A DNA stretch of 64,000 nucleotides, taken from assembly GCA_048368115.1 (NCBI GenBank), contig DBGBZQ010000071.1, forward strand, positions 1,138 through 65,137, written 5' to 3'. Of the stretch, positions 38,025-47,468 are shown piece by piece. The stretch comes from Collinsella sp. GTDB taxonomy: Bacteria; Actinomycetota; Coriobacteriia; Coriobacteriales; Coriobacteriaceae. Below the pieces are notes generated by a model. That model made no database searches. It was not told the DNA's origin and was given only the letters and a program-made list of their open reading frames with translations. Within the stretch, counting starts at the first letter, position 1; each line of letters begins with the position of its first letter. The position numbers and the translations under genes are program-made.

Positions 38025-38176
38025 AAAACTATGCCGGATTACGGGGCTGAACAACGGATTGCCGACCATGCCGAAATTGGTAAAAAGAAAACCGCAGGTA
38101 GAAGGCTCGCTATGATTTGAAAATAAGGGGTGTGGTTGGCTCATTCAGGTTCAGCCCCGTAATCCGGCATAGTTTT
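38025..38176. repeat. Hairpin element family B, copy 2
   Basis: 28-bp perfect arms AAAACTATGCCGGATTACGGGGCTGAAC; core AAAACCGCAGGTA at 38088-38100. Confidence 0.78.
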
Positions 38177-38358
38177 GAAATGGCACTGAATAAGTGGCGG
38201 CAAATGAGCCGCAATGAAGCAAGCTAGCCCCTCGTTTCCGAAACCTTTCCGCAACAATTTGCCCTTCGTGCCGCTCGACTCCGCTCGCAACGTCCCCTGC
38301 GCTACACTTAGTTGCACTGTGGCGCCGTTGCGCCGCGCCCGAACTAAGGGGGACACTC

Positions 38359-39183
38359 ATGAAGAATACTCAGCTGCTGCTGATTAACGATATGTGCGGC
38401 TACGGCAAGGTCGCGCTTTCCGCCATGCTGCCGGTGCTGTCGCACATGGGCTACCGTATCCATAACCTGCCGACGGCGCTCGTTTCCGACACGCTCAACT
38501 ACCCCAAGTTCTACATCCACGACACCACCGAGTACGTGCGCCAAAGCCTCGCTATCTGGGAGGAGCTCGGCTTTGAGTTCGACGCCATCTCGACCGGCTT
38601 TATCGTGACCGAGGAAGAGACGCGCATCATCTCGGACTTTTGCCACCGCCGTGCGCAAAAGGGCACCAAGGTGTTCGTTGACCCCATCATGGGCGACAAC
38701 GGCAAGCTCTATGCGGGCGTGCCCGAGTCCACGATCGGTCTCATGAGGCACCTGCTCGAGTGCGCCGACTACGCGGTGCCAAACTACACCGAGGCCTGCC
38801 TGCTCACCGATACGCCCATTGCCGAGCAAATCACGCCCGATGAGGGCCGCGCTCTTGTGGATGCCGTGCGTGTCCTGGGCGCCAAGTCGGTGGTCATTAC
38901 GAGCGCTGTGGTCGACGGTGCGAATGTCGTCATCGGTTACGACCATGTGGCGGGGGAGTACTTCACGATTCCCTTCGAGCTGATTCCGGTCTACTTTCCG
39001 GGCACGGGCGACACGTTCTCGGCGGTGCTTGTCGGCCGCGTTATGGCCGGTTGGAGCCTGCAGCGCGCGACGAGCGATGCCATGCGTGTGGTAGCGGAGC
39101 TCATCGAGCGCAATGCCGACCAGGAGGATAAGTCCGCCGGCCTTCCCATCGAGGCCTGCCTGGATGTGATTGACCATGAGTAA
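38359..39183 (+). CDS. Pyridoxal/pyridoxamine kinase family (PfkB fold)
   Basis: INDMCGYGKVAL, STGF, VDPIMGDNGKLY, PNYTEA, PGTGDTF. Confidence 0.85.
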   Translation: MKNTQLLLINDMCGYGKVALSAMLPVLSHMGYRIHNLPTALVSDTLNYPKFYIHDTTEYVRQSLAIWEELGFEFDAISTGFIVTEEETRIISDFCHRRAQKGTKVFVDPIMGDNGKLYAGVPESTIGLMRHLLECADYAVPNYTEACLLTDTPIAEQITPDEGRALVDAVRVLGAKSVVITSAVVDGANVVIGYDHVAGEYFTIPFELIPVYFPGTGDTFSAVLVGRVMAGWSLQRATSDAMRVVAELIERNADQEDKSAGLPIEACLDVIDHE

Positions 39184-39505
39184 CGCCGACGAGAGCAGCA
39201 CCGAGGCGGCGGGCGAGAACAAGCCGCTCGGTGCCCCGCGCGGCAGGCGCCCACGTATTCGCATTAGCTGCGTGGACCAGCTGGGTACATGCCGCTGCCA
39301 TCACGGGCACAAGCCGGGTGACGTCTTCGACTTCGACCGAGACCGCGGCAAGATGTGTGCCATGGCCTGCCATGTGGGCTTTCCCTATATCGATATCCTG
39401 CGCTATGGCGGAACCGTGCCTGGCAACGAGCCCGGTACGGCAAAGTTCTGCTGCCCCGAGGTCGATACGCTGAACGTCTGGCTTGCCGAGATCGTCGACG
39501 AGTAG
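39176..39505 (+). CDS. Small Cys-rich protein, TIGR04076-like
   Basis: CHHGHKPGDVF, MCAMA and FCCP motifs; overlaps the kinase stop. Confidence 0.65.
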   Translation: MSNADESSTEAAGENKPLGAPRGRRPRIRISCVDQLGTCRCHHGHKPGDVFDFDRDRGKMCAMACHVGFPYIDILRYGGTVPGNEPGTAKFCCPEVDTLNVWLAEIVDE

Positions 39506-39513
39506 TCGAGCGC

Positions 39514-39547
39514 AATGTGACAAAGGGACAGTCCCTTTGTCACATTC
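39514..39547. repeat. REP-like palindrome family A
   Basis: AATGTGACAAAGGGACAGTCCCTTTGTCACATT. Confidence 0.88.
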
Positions 39548-39582
39548 GCCGGGGCTGCCCCTTCTTTCTGCTTATAATCCTA

Positions 39583-39664
39583 AATCTCTGCATTTCATCC
39601 GATTTTAGGTTCTAAAAATCCTACATTTCATCGATAATCAAGCGCATAAAACTTTGCATTTCAT
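39583..39664 (+). promoter_or_regulatory. Three direct repeats ending CATTTCAT at an exact 33-bp period
   Basis: CATTTCAT at 39591, 39624 and 39657, upstream of the AAA-ATPase gene. Confidence 0.6.
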
Positions 39665-39688
39665 TTGATGACACTGAGGGGAGAGCCT

Positions 39689-41050
39689 ATGCTGCGCAGG
39701 AAAATAGCGGCAGAGCTGGAGCGTTGGCTGAAGTCTGCCGAGCAAAAGGCCTTATTCATCACGGGTTCTCGCCAGATCGGCAAAAGCTATTCGATTCGCG
39801 CATTTGGCAAAGCCAGCCATGCAACCTACATCGAGCTCAATCTCATGGAAAATCGCCAGGCAAAAGATGCTCTTCTCGAGGCGCGAGATGCCGATGATTT
39901 CATCAGCAGGGTGACGCTTCTTTCGGGAAAGCCGATAGCGCCAGGCAAAACGCTCGTGTTTATCGATGAGGTCCAAGAGGCCCCCGACATCATGACGATG
40001 GCAAAGTTCCTTGTTGAGGACGGGAGGTGCCGCTGGGCGTTTTCGGGGTCAATGCTTGGGACCCAGTTCAAGGGTGTCAGGTCCTATCCCGTGGGGTATG
40101 TCCACGAGCTTAGGATGTTCCCGCTCGATTTTGAGGAGTTTTGCTGGGCAACCGGGGTGAGCGAGGGGGCTCGCCAAACGATACGCGACGCGTGTATCAG
40201 CGAGAAGCCCATTCCTGGTTACATTCATGACGCGATGATGGCAAACTTCAGGACCTATACCGTTGTCGGCGGAATGCCGGAGGTCGTGCAGCGTTTCCTT
40301 GACACGCAGGGCGACCTTGCCTCTGTTCGTCAGCTACAGTCCGAGCTCAACGAACAGTACCGACGGGATATTTCCAAGTATGCAAGCGGGCATGCCCTTC
40401 AGGTGCAGAGCATCTACGATCAGCTCCCCATTATGCTTGAGGGCGAACACAAGCGTTTCGTGCTCAATTCCATTGACCCCAAGGCGCATTATGAGAAGTA
40501 CCAGCGAGATTTTGTCTGGCTTGTCGATGCCGGCGTTGCTCTCAAAGCCGATATCGTAACCGAGCCAAAGTCGCCCCTGCTCAAGACGGCACGGCCATCG
40601 CAGTTCAAGCTATACCAATCGGATACGGGCATGTTGATGGCGCGCTACCCCGTTGGAGTCGCCCAAGCGGCGTATCTTGATAGCAAGGAGCCCAATCTGG
40701 GCGGCATTTACGAAAACGTGGTGGCCCAGCAGCTGGCTGCCCAAAATCGCCAGCTTTACTACTATCAGACAAAAAAGCGCGGTGAAGTGGACTTTGTGGT
40801 CGATGGACCGGATGGGACGGCTGTTCCGATCGAGGTTAAATCGGGCTCCTATTACCACGCGCACGCTGCGCTCGGTCATGTGCTTGATACGGCCGAATAT
40901 GGCGTAAGGCTCGGGATTGTTTTCTCGAGAGGCAACGTTGAGCGTAACGGAGCGGTTCTCTATTTGCCGCTATATGCGACCTGGGCCCTTACGGATGTTT
41001 TGGGCGACTCCTGTGCCGAGGGGATAAAGCTGGAGGTCAAGCCGGTCTAG
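39689..41050 (+). CDS. AAA_14 ATPase with DUF4143 C-terminal domain
   Basis: GSRQIGKS, FIDEVQ, MFPLDFEEF, VGGMPE, KLYQSDTG, YENVV, EVDFV...PIEVKSG. Confidence 0.88.
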   Translation: MLRRKIAAELERWLKSAEQKALFITGSRQIGKSYSIRAFGKASHATYIELNLMENRQAKDALLEARDADDFISRVTLLSGKPIAPGKTLVFIDEVQEAPDIMTMAKFLVEDGRCRWAFSGSMLGTQFKGVRSYPVGYVHELRMFPLDFEEFCWATGVSEGARQTIRDACISEKPIPGYIHDAMMANFRTYTVVGGMPEVVQRFLDTQGDLASVRQLQSELNEQYRRDISKYASGHALQVQSIYDQLPIMLEGEHKRFVLNSIDPKAHYEKYQRDFVWLVDAGVALKADIVTEPKSPLLKTARPSQFKLYQSDTGMLMARYPVGVAQAAYLDSKEPNLGGIYENVVAQQLAAQNRQLYYYQTKKRGEVDFVVDGPDGTAVPIEVKSGSYYHAHAALGHVLDTAEYGVRLGIVFSRGNVERNGAVLYLPLYATWALTDVLGDSCAEGIKLEVKPV

Positions 41051-41060
41051 GGTCAGTCCC

Positions 41061-41095
41061 GGATGCGACAAAGGGACAGTCCCTTTGTCACATTC
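41061..41095. repeat. REP-like palindrome family A
   Basis: GGATGCGACAAAGGGACAGTCCCTTTGTCACATTC. Confidence 0.88.
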
Positions 41096-41198
41096 ATGAG
41101 TGTGGATTTTCTCCCGTTTAGAGCGCACTCGAACGCTCAAAGCGGGAGAAAATCCACGCTCGTTTCGCGCCGAAGACGTGGCTCGCGACCTCGCTTGT

Positions 41199-41645
41199 CT
41201 ACAGTTGCTCGAGCATAGCGGTGCAACCGTCGAGCACGTCGCGGTAGGTGGCATCGAAGTTGCCGGTGTACCAGGGATCGGCTACGTCGCCGGGGCGCTC
41301 GGTCCAATCGAGCAAGCGTGTAACCTTGCCGTCGGGGTCGTCGCCAAAGATGCGCCGCAGGCCGCGGGCGTTCTCGTCGTCCATATAGACAATGTGGTCC
41401 CAGTCGCCATACTCCGCGCGACGCACCTGGCGGGCACGGTGCGCAACGACGGGAATCCCGACTTCACGCAGCTTGGCGACCGTGCCATGATGCGGCGGGT
41501 TGCCAATCTCCTCAGTTGAAGTCGCCGCGGAATCGATGACAAATTCGCCCGCGCGCCCGGCGCGCCGCACCAGCTCGGTAAACACCGACTCAGCCATCGT
41601 CGAGCGACAGATGTTGCCATGACAGATAAACAGTACGCGTTGCAT
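41199..41645 (-). CDS. Low-molecular-weight protein tyrosine phosphatase
   Basis: ICHGNICRS, DSAAT, DPWY. Confidence 0.92.
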   Translation of the reverse strand: MQRVLFICHGNICRSTMAESVFTELVRRAGRAGEFVIDSAATSTEEIGNPPHHGTVAKLREVGIPVVAHRARQVRRAEYGDWDHIVYMDDENARGLRRIFGDDPDGKVTRLLDWTERPGDVADPWYTGNFDATYRDVLDGCTAMLEQL

Positions 41646-41705
41646 AGGGCGATACCTTTCATATAGAAGGCTGCTAAAGAGTCGAAGCCGGGCGCATGCC
41701 AAGTT

Positions 41706-42455
41706 TTATTTCTTGGCCAGTTTGAAGTAGCGCTCAAATATCAATTCGAAAACGTAATAGAACATCAATCGACTGTCGAGGTCCATGCTGCCCAAGCGGA
41801 TTTCTTTTTGCACGGTGTAGATAGGGTAGTTGGCTAGTTTCGAGAGAGAATTTCGAGAAAAGCCGGTGAGCGTGACGACCTTGCATCCGCGCGTTTTGGC
41901 TATCGATGTGGCGTCAATAGACACCTGCGTCTCGCCGCTTACGGAAACGCTAAAGACAAGATCATTTTTGCCGAGGAGTTCTGCGTAATGCCTCATGACA
42001 TGGCGTTCACTGAGCGTATCGGTGTTCTTGCCCATAATCTTGAGCTTTTCAGCCATCTCAAGGCACGGGTACTTCGAGAAGCCCGAGCAGAAGAACACGA
42101 TATGTGAGGCGTCCTGGATAAGACTCACAACCGAATCGATGACCCGGTCGTTAAGCAGATCTTTGGTCTGTACGAGCTGGGTATCAAGAGGAAGTGCCTC
42201 GATAGTGAATCGATTGCGGTCGAGCGAGGCGGAATACGATTGTTTGAGCTCCGTAAACCCCGAGAAGCCAAGCTTGTGGGCAAGCCTGACGATTGTATTG
42301 GGAGCGACGAAGAACCGTTCAGCAACGCTCTTAAGCGTGACATCGTCAATATCATCACGCAGCTCGATGATGTAGCGCATGATCTCGCTTTCGAGATCGT
42401 TGAGCTTGCTCTCGCCAGCTCGCACATGATCATAAAAAGATTCTTGATCTTTCAT
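41706..42455 (-). CDS. MurR/RpiR family regulator
   Basis: TIVRLAHKLGFSGFTELK and SIS domain (SVSGET); divergent from the GH4 gene. Confidence 0.88.
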   Translation of the reverse strand: MKDQESFYDHVRAGESKLNDLESEIMRYIIELRDDIDDVTLKSVAERFFVAPNTIVRLAHKLGFSGFTELKQSYSASLDRNRFTIEALPLDTQLVQTKDLLNDRVIDSVVSLIQDASHIVFFCSGFSKYPCLEMAEKLKIMGKNTDTLSERHVMRHYAELLGKNDLVFSVSVSGETQVSIDATSIAKTRGCKVVTLTGFSRNSLSKLANYPIYTVQKEIRLGSMDLDSRLMFYYVFELIFERYFKLAKK

Positions 42456-42753
42456 AAGATGTTTCAGCCCCTCGCACCTCGCTGTACATATGGTACCGCT
42501 TTGTGTAGCCAGGTGAGAAATCGGTAATCGGTCAAGATTGCCTATTGCCCATGAGCTGGGTAAACGCGCGTGTCTGCCTACACATATCTGTGTCGTGAGC
42601 GAAATCATGTGTCCCCGTTTCGCATTGGCCCACACGGGAACTCTCAAATGACCTTATGTCGCAAAATATCAATCGAAACGAAGCAAGCCGAGGACAACCG
42701 CGGAGCCCAAGGTCTTCGAGAACACCGATCAGCCAACCCTGGAGGGACGGAAC

Positions 42754-44079
42754 ATGAAGGATAAGCTCAATATTGTGATCGTTGGCGGCGGCTCCACGTG
42801 GTGCCCTGGCATTCTTAAAGCCCTGACCAAGCACATGGACATTCTGCCGCTGAACCGCGTGATGCTCTATGACATCGATGCCGAGCGTCAGCGTCCGATC
42901 GGCGAGTTTGGCAAGATCCTCTTCGCCGAGGAGGAGCCCGGTGTGGAGTTTGGTTACACCACCGATAAGGACGAGGCTTACACCGACGTCGACTTTGTGC
43001 TCTGCCAGATTCGTACCGGCGGCTACGAGATGCGTAGCAAGGACGAGAAGATTCCGCTGCATATGGGAATCATCGGCCAGGAAACGGTGGGCCCTGGCGG
43101 CATGGCTTACGGTATGCGCTCCATGCATGACATGGTTGAGATCGTCAACGACGTTCGCGCTCATAGCCCGGAGGCGTGGATTATCAACTACACCAACCCG
43201 GCTGCTATTGTGGCATATGGTCTCGAGCGCGTCCTGCCCGATGAGCACCGCGTCCTCAACATCTGCGATCAGCCCGTCAACCTCATGCGCTCTTACGGTC
43301 GCCTGCTCGGTCGCGATATGAGCAAGACGGAGCCCGTGTACTTTGGTCTCAATCACTTCGGTTGGTTCAAGCACATCTACGATGAAGAGGGCCATGACCT
43401 CGTCCCGCAGATTAAGGAGTACACGGAGAAGAACGGCTTCCTTCCTGCCGATGCCGAGCAGCGTGACCAGTCCTGGCTCGACACCTACGCCATGGTCAAG
43501 GACATGCTCGAGGACTTCCCCGACTATCTGCCCAACACTTATCTGCAGTACTATCTGTATCCCGAGTACAAGGTCGCTCACCTCGACCCCGACTACACTC
43601 GTTCCGACGAGGTCATCAACGGTCGTGAGAAGCGCGTGTTCGCCGAGTGCGAGCGTGTTGCCAAAGTCGGCACCGCAAAGAACTCCTCGGTTGTGCAGAA
43701 CGATGCTCATGGCGATATGATCGTGGAAATCACCTCGGCCATTTATCGCAACACCAATAAGACCTTCATTGTCATCGTGCCCAACAACGGCATTATCGAG
43801 GGTATGCCCGATGACGCCATGGTCGAGGTCGCGGCAAGCGTGGGCGCCAATGGCCCGCAGCCCTATGCTGTTGGCAAGATTGGCACCTTCTATCGCGGCC
43901 TTATGGAGAACCAGTACGCCTATGAGCGCCTGACTGTTGAGGCTTGGATGGAGGGTTCCTACGAGAAGGCCCTGCAGGCACTCACGCTTAATCGTCTGGT
44001 CGGTGACGCAAAGAAGGCTCGCAAAGTGCTCGACAAGCTCATCGAGGCCAATAAGGATTACTGGCCGGAGCTTAAGTAG
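42754..44079 (+). CDS. GH4 6-phospho-alpha-glucosidase (GlvA/MalH-like)
   Basis: GGGST, GQETVGPGG, NYTNP, NICDQP, GLNHFGW. Confidence 0.88.
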   Translation: MKDKLNIVIVGGGSTWCPGILKALTKHMDILPLNRVMLYDIDAERQRPIGEFGKILFAEEEPGVEFGYTTDKDEAYTDVDFVLCQIRTGGYEMRSKDEKIPLHMGIIGQETVGPGGMAYGMRSMHDMVEIVNDVRAHSPEAWIINYTNPAAIVAYGLERVLPDEHRVLNICDQPVNLMRSYGRLLGRDMSKTEPVYFGLNHFGWFKHIYDEEGHDLVPQIKEYTEKNGFLPADAEQRDQSWLDTYAMVKDMLEDFPDYLPNTYLQYYLYPEYKVAHLDPDYTRSDEVINGREKRVFAECERVAKVGTAKNSSVVQNDAHGDMIVEITSAIYRNTNKTFIVIVPNNGIIEGMPDDAMVEVAASVGANGPQPYAVGKIGTFYRGLMENQYAYERLTVEAWMEGSYEKALQALTLNRLVGDAKKARKVLDKLIEANKDYWPELK

Positions 44080-44161
44080 CTAGTTCCATAGCGCTTGATA
44101 ACTGTTATGGGGCGTGTGGGCTGTAGAGCTGCACGCCCCGTTTCTTTAAGAGGGGTATCCC

Positions 44162-45724
44162 ATGAACAAAGATGAGCTGCTGGCAAAGTTCCAGCGCCTG
44201 GGCAAAGTCCTCATGACGCCTGTCCTGATCCTGCCAATCGCCGGCATCCTTCAGGGCTTTGGTAATGCCTTTACCAGCCCCACCCTTACGGCGGCTGTTC
44301 CCTGGCTTGCTGCTCCGGGCTTTGCGATTTTCTTTTCGATTCTCAAGGCCGCAGCCGGCATCGTTATGAACAACATCCCGGTTATCTTCTCGATTTGTCT
44401 CGCCTATGGCTTCGCCAAGTCCGAGAAGGCTACCGCGGCGCTTTGTGGCTTTTTGGGCTACATGTGCATGAACTCCGTGATGGGCACGTTCCTTACGGCG
44501 ACTGGCGTTATCGATCCCGCGAATCTTACGACGGGCCAGAGCACGATCCTCGGTATCACCACGCTCGACACTGGCGTTATCGGCGGTCTTCTGGTGGGTG
44601 CAATCGTCGCATGGCTGCATAACCGTTACTACAAGATTGAGCTGCCTGCCGTGTTCTCCATCTTCAACGGCACGCGCTTTATCCCGGCGGTAACGCTGCT
44701 CTCATGCAGCATCCTCGCATTGGTCATGTCCTTTGTTTTCCCGTTTATTCAGAACGCTCTCGGCGCACTGTCCGAGTTCATCAAGACCACGGGTGCCTTT
44801 GGTGCATTTGTCTACGGCGCCGGCGAGCGCATGCTCCTGCCTTTTGGCCTGCATCACTTTGTCTATTTGCCGTTCTTCTTCACGTCGCTCGGTGGCGTCG
44901 AGACCATCGACGGCCAGACTGTTCAGGGCGCTATCAATATCTACAACGCGATCCTGGGCTCTCCCAGCACGCCGTTTAACATCGAGGTCAGCCGTTTTGT
45001 CATGAACGGCAAGGTTATCTTCGCCATGTTCGGCCTGCCCGGCGCCGCACTCGCCTTCTACAAGACGGCACTTCCCAAGAACAAGAAGAAGACCGCAGCG
45101 CTCATGATCGCCATCGTGGTGCCTTGCATCCTCTCCGGCATTACCGAGCCGCTCGAGTACTCTTTCCTGTTCATCGCGCCCATCCTCTACGTGTTCCACG
45201 CTCTCATGGCCGGTCTTGCCTATGCGCTGACCTATATCCTGCAGTTCAACGTGGCCGGTTCCGCGTCCTTCGGCGGCCCGCTCTTGTCGTTGATCTTTAA
45301 CGGCATTATGGGTGCAGCCAAGGGTTCCAACTGGCAGGTTATCCTGTTCCTCGGCCCCATCTACTTCGTGGTGTACTACTTCGTCTTCAAGTTCATCATT
45401 CTTAAGAAGGGCCTTAAGACCCCCGGCCGCGAGGAAGAGTCCGACGATGAGGCCGAAAAGGCTCCCAAGACCGTGATCAGCGACCTCATTCCCGCCATCG
45501 TTGAGGCAGTGGGCGGCGACAACAATATTAAGTCTGTCGAGGCCTGTTTCACCCGTCTGCGCATCCAGCTCAATGACTGCGACAAGGTGGTTGATGACGC
45601 CGAGTTTACCGAAAAGCTCGAAGCGCGTGGCATCGTGCATGTTAACGGCGGCGTGCAGATTGTCTACGGTAACATGGCATCTAACTACGCAACCCAGATG
45701 CGCGAGCTGCTGGGTATGGAATAA
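44162..45724 (+). CDS. PTS EIICB component, glucose/maltose family
   Basis: QRLGK, PFGLHH, GITEPLE, KTPGRE, EIIB motif ACFTRLR. Confidence 0.9.
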   Translation: MNKDELLAKFQRLGKVLMTPVLILPIAGILQGFGNAFTSPTLTAAVPWLAAPGFAIFFSILKAAAGIVMNNIPVIFSICLAYGFAKSEKATAALCGFLGYMCMNSVMGTFLTATGVIDPANLTTGQSTILGITTLDTGVIGGLLVGAIVAWLHNRYYKIELPAVFSIFNGTRFIPAVTLLSCSILALVMSFVFPFIQNALGALSEFIKTTGAFGAFVYGAGERMLLPFGLHHFVYLPFFFTSLGGVETIDGQTVQGAINIYNAILGSPSTPFNIEVSRFVMNGKVIFAMFGLPGAALAFYKTALPKNKKKTAALMIAIVVPCILSGITEPLEYSFLFIAPILYVFHALMAGLAYALTYILQFNVAGSASFGGPLLSLIFNGIMGAAKGSNWQVILFLGPIYFVVYYFVFKFIILKKGLKTPGREEESDDEAEKAPKTVISDLIPAIVEAVGGDNNIKSVEACFTRLRIQLNDCDKVVDDAEFTEKLEARGIVHVNGGVQIVYGNMASNYATQMRELLGME

Positions 45725-45755
45725 ACGCCCCACATATCTATAAAATCCGGTGTAG

Positions 45756-45791
45756 AAGGCGGCGGCAGACAATGCGTCTGTCGCCGCCTTT
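45756..45791 (+). terminator. Intrinsic terminator
   Basis: AAGGCGGCGGCAGAC-loop-GTCTGTCGCCGCCTTT. Confidence 0.7.
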
Positions 45792-45954
45792 GAGTTACCC
45801 CACGCGCATTTCGTGTACTTCGGATACACGAAATCGTGGAAAAGCGTGTATCTGAAGTACATGAAATTGCACTGCTGAAGCTTCCAGGCGGATAAACACT
45901 ACTTGTATGGGACGGTTTTCACCGGTTGCTCGCCACCTTGGGCTATGTTCGCCC

Positions 45955-47217
45955 CTATGCCTGCATCCGGGGCCGTGCTGATTGACGGCGACGCTCCCAA
46001 CGTGCCAGCTTAATCGTCACCAGCGTGAGCACCCAGGCCACAAGCGAGAACGTGGCGCCTACTGCGCCCACGTACGCAATGCCAATGCTGCTTACCACGG
46101 CGCCGCCCACTGCGGTGCCAAACGAAATGCCGACGTTAAACGCCATGGGCTCAACCGAACTTGCGAGTACCATCGACTTGGGATGGCGGCTGCGTGCCAC
46201 GTCCATAAAGTGCGTGATGCACGACACCGAGAACAGGTACATGAGCAGCGCCAGGCTAAAGACAAAGACCAGCGCGAGCGGCATGGTGCCGCCCACAGCA
46301 AACAGTCCGAGTAACGCTGCAGCCTGCAGCACAAACGTCACGAGTAACGCCTTCATGCCAAAGCGCGCATCGATCCATCCGCCCAGGATGTTCGAGATCA
46401 GGCAGAATACGCCGTAGGCCATGAGCGTGGTACTGGCTTCGACCGTGCCCATGCCCAGCACCTGCTCAAGATAAGGCGTCACGTAGCCGTAGAAAACGTA
46501 GACCGACCCCACGCCAAACAAAAAGATGAGCATGCCGGTGATGATGCTCGGCTCGCGCAGCAGCCCCGCCTGCTCGCGAAAGGTGGCAGGCTCGTCGGTT
46601 TGCCCAGCGCGCGGCATAAACGCCACGAGCGCCCCGCAGATCAGAACGGCAAAGGCCAGCGTGCCGTACATGGCCACGTGCCAATCGAGCGTGTCGGCAA
46701 CAAACTTGCCGATCGAAGTGACAAAGACCATTGCCACGGAAAACGCACCATATACTACCGAGATGGCAAGCGAAGTTTGCTGCGGGGACAGCAGCTCGGG
46801 GATGTACGTCACACCCACGGCGAGCAGTGCGCCCGAGACGGAGCCCAAGATGATGCGCGAGATAAACAGCACCTGGAAGTTGGGCGCCAACGCCATGACC
46901 AGGTTGCCGAGCACAAAGACGATGCTGTAGCACACGAGCAGCTGGTAGCGGCGAAAACGCCCCGTACTGAGCGCGAGCACCGGCGTCGAGATAGCGTAGA
47001 TCAGTGCGAACACGCTAATAAGTTGGCCTGCGGTGGCAAGCGATACGCCGAGTTCCGTCGCTAGGTCGCTTTCGATGCCGATGACCACGAACTCGGAGCA
47101 GCCGAGCGAGAATCCCAACAGCACGAGCAGCGCCAGGCAAAGATTGGTGCGCGCGGGGGAGAGCGCGGCGGCGGTTGACTTACTTTTTGGCGTGGTTGCG
47201 GCGGTCAAGGTTGTCAC
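45955..47217 (-). CDS. MFS transporter (DHA1 / arabinose-efflux-like)
   Basis: SEFVVIG, AGQLISVFAL, GGWIDARFG, AFNVGISFG; start uncertain (47217 GTG or 47208 TTG). Confidence 0.85.
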   Translation of the reverse strand: MTTLTAATTPKSKSTAAALSPARTNLCLALLVLLGFSLGCSEFVVIGIESDLATELGVSLATAGQLISVFALIYAISTPVLALSTGRFRRYQLLVCYSIVFVLGNLVMALAPNFQVLFISRIILGSVSGALLAVGVTYIPELLSPQQTSLAISVVYGAFSVAMVFVTSIGKFVADTLDWHVAMYGTLAFAVLICGALVAFMPRAGQTDEPATFREQAGLLREPSIITGMLIFLFGVGSVYVFYGYVTPYLEQVLGMGTVEASTTLMAYGVFCLISNILGGWIDARFGMKALLVTFVLQAAALLGLFAVGGTMPLALVFVFSLALLMYLFSVSCITHFMDVARSRHPKSMVLASSVEPMAFNVGISFGTAVGGAVVSSIGIAYVGAVGATFSLVAWVLTLVTIKLARWERRRQSARPRMQA

Positions 47218-47264
47218 TCCAATGTCGCGTGAATAAGCGGGATTCAATCCCTGCAACTCTAACA

Positions 47265-47299
47265 GAATGTGACAAAGGGACAGTCTCTTTGTCACATTC
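47265..47299. repeat. REP-like palindrome family A
   Basis: GAATGTGACAAAGGGACAGTCTCTTTGTCACATTC. Confidence 0.88.
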
Positions 47300-47468
47300 G
47301 CGGCGTGGCTGCCGCCTAAACCGTCACAACATTCGATGAAAATCTCGCAAACGAGGAAAAACGTCGAATGTTGTGACGGTTTTCGTGTCCGGCGCGGGTG
47401 AGCTTCGGTGCCGTCTGGGGGTATAAGACTAGCGAGTGTTTATTTGCGAGGCCTAAGGGGCGCCCCGT

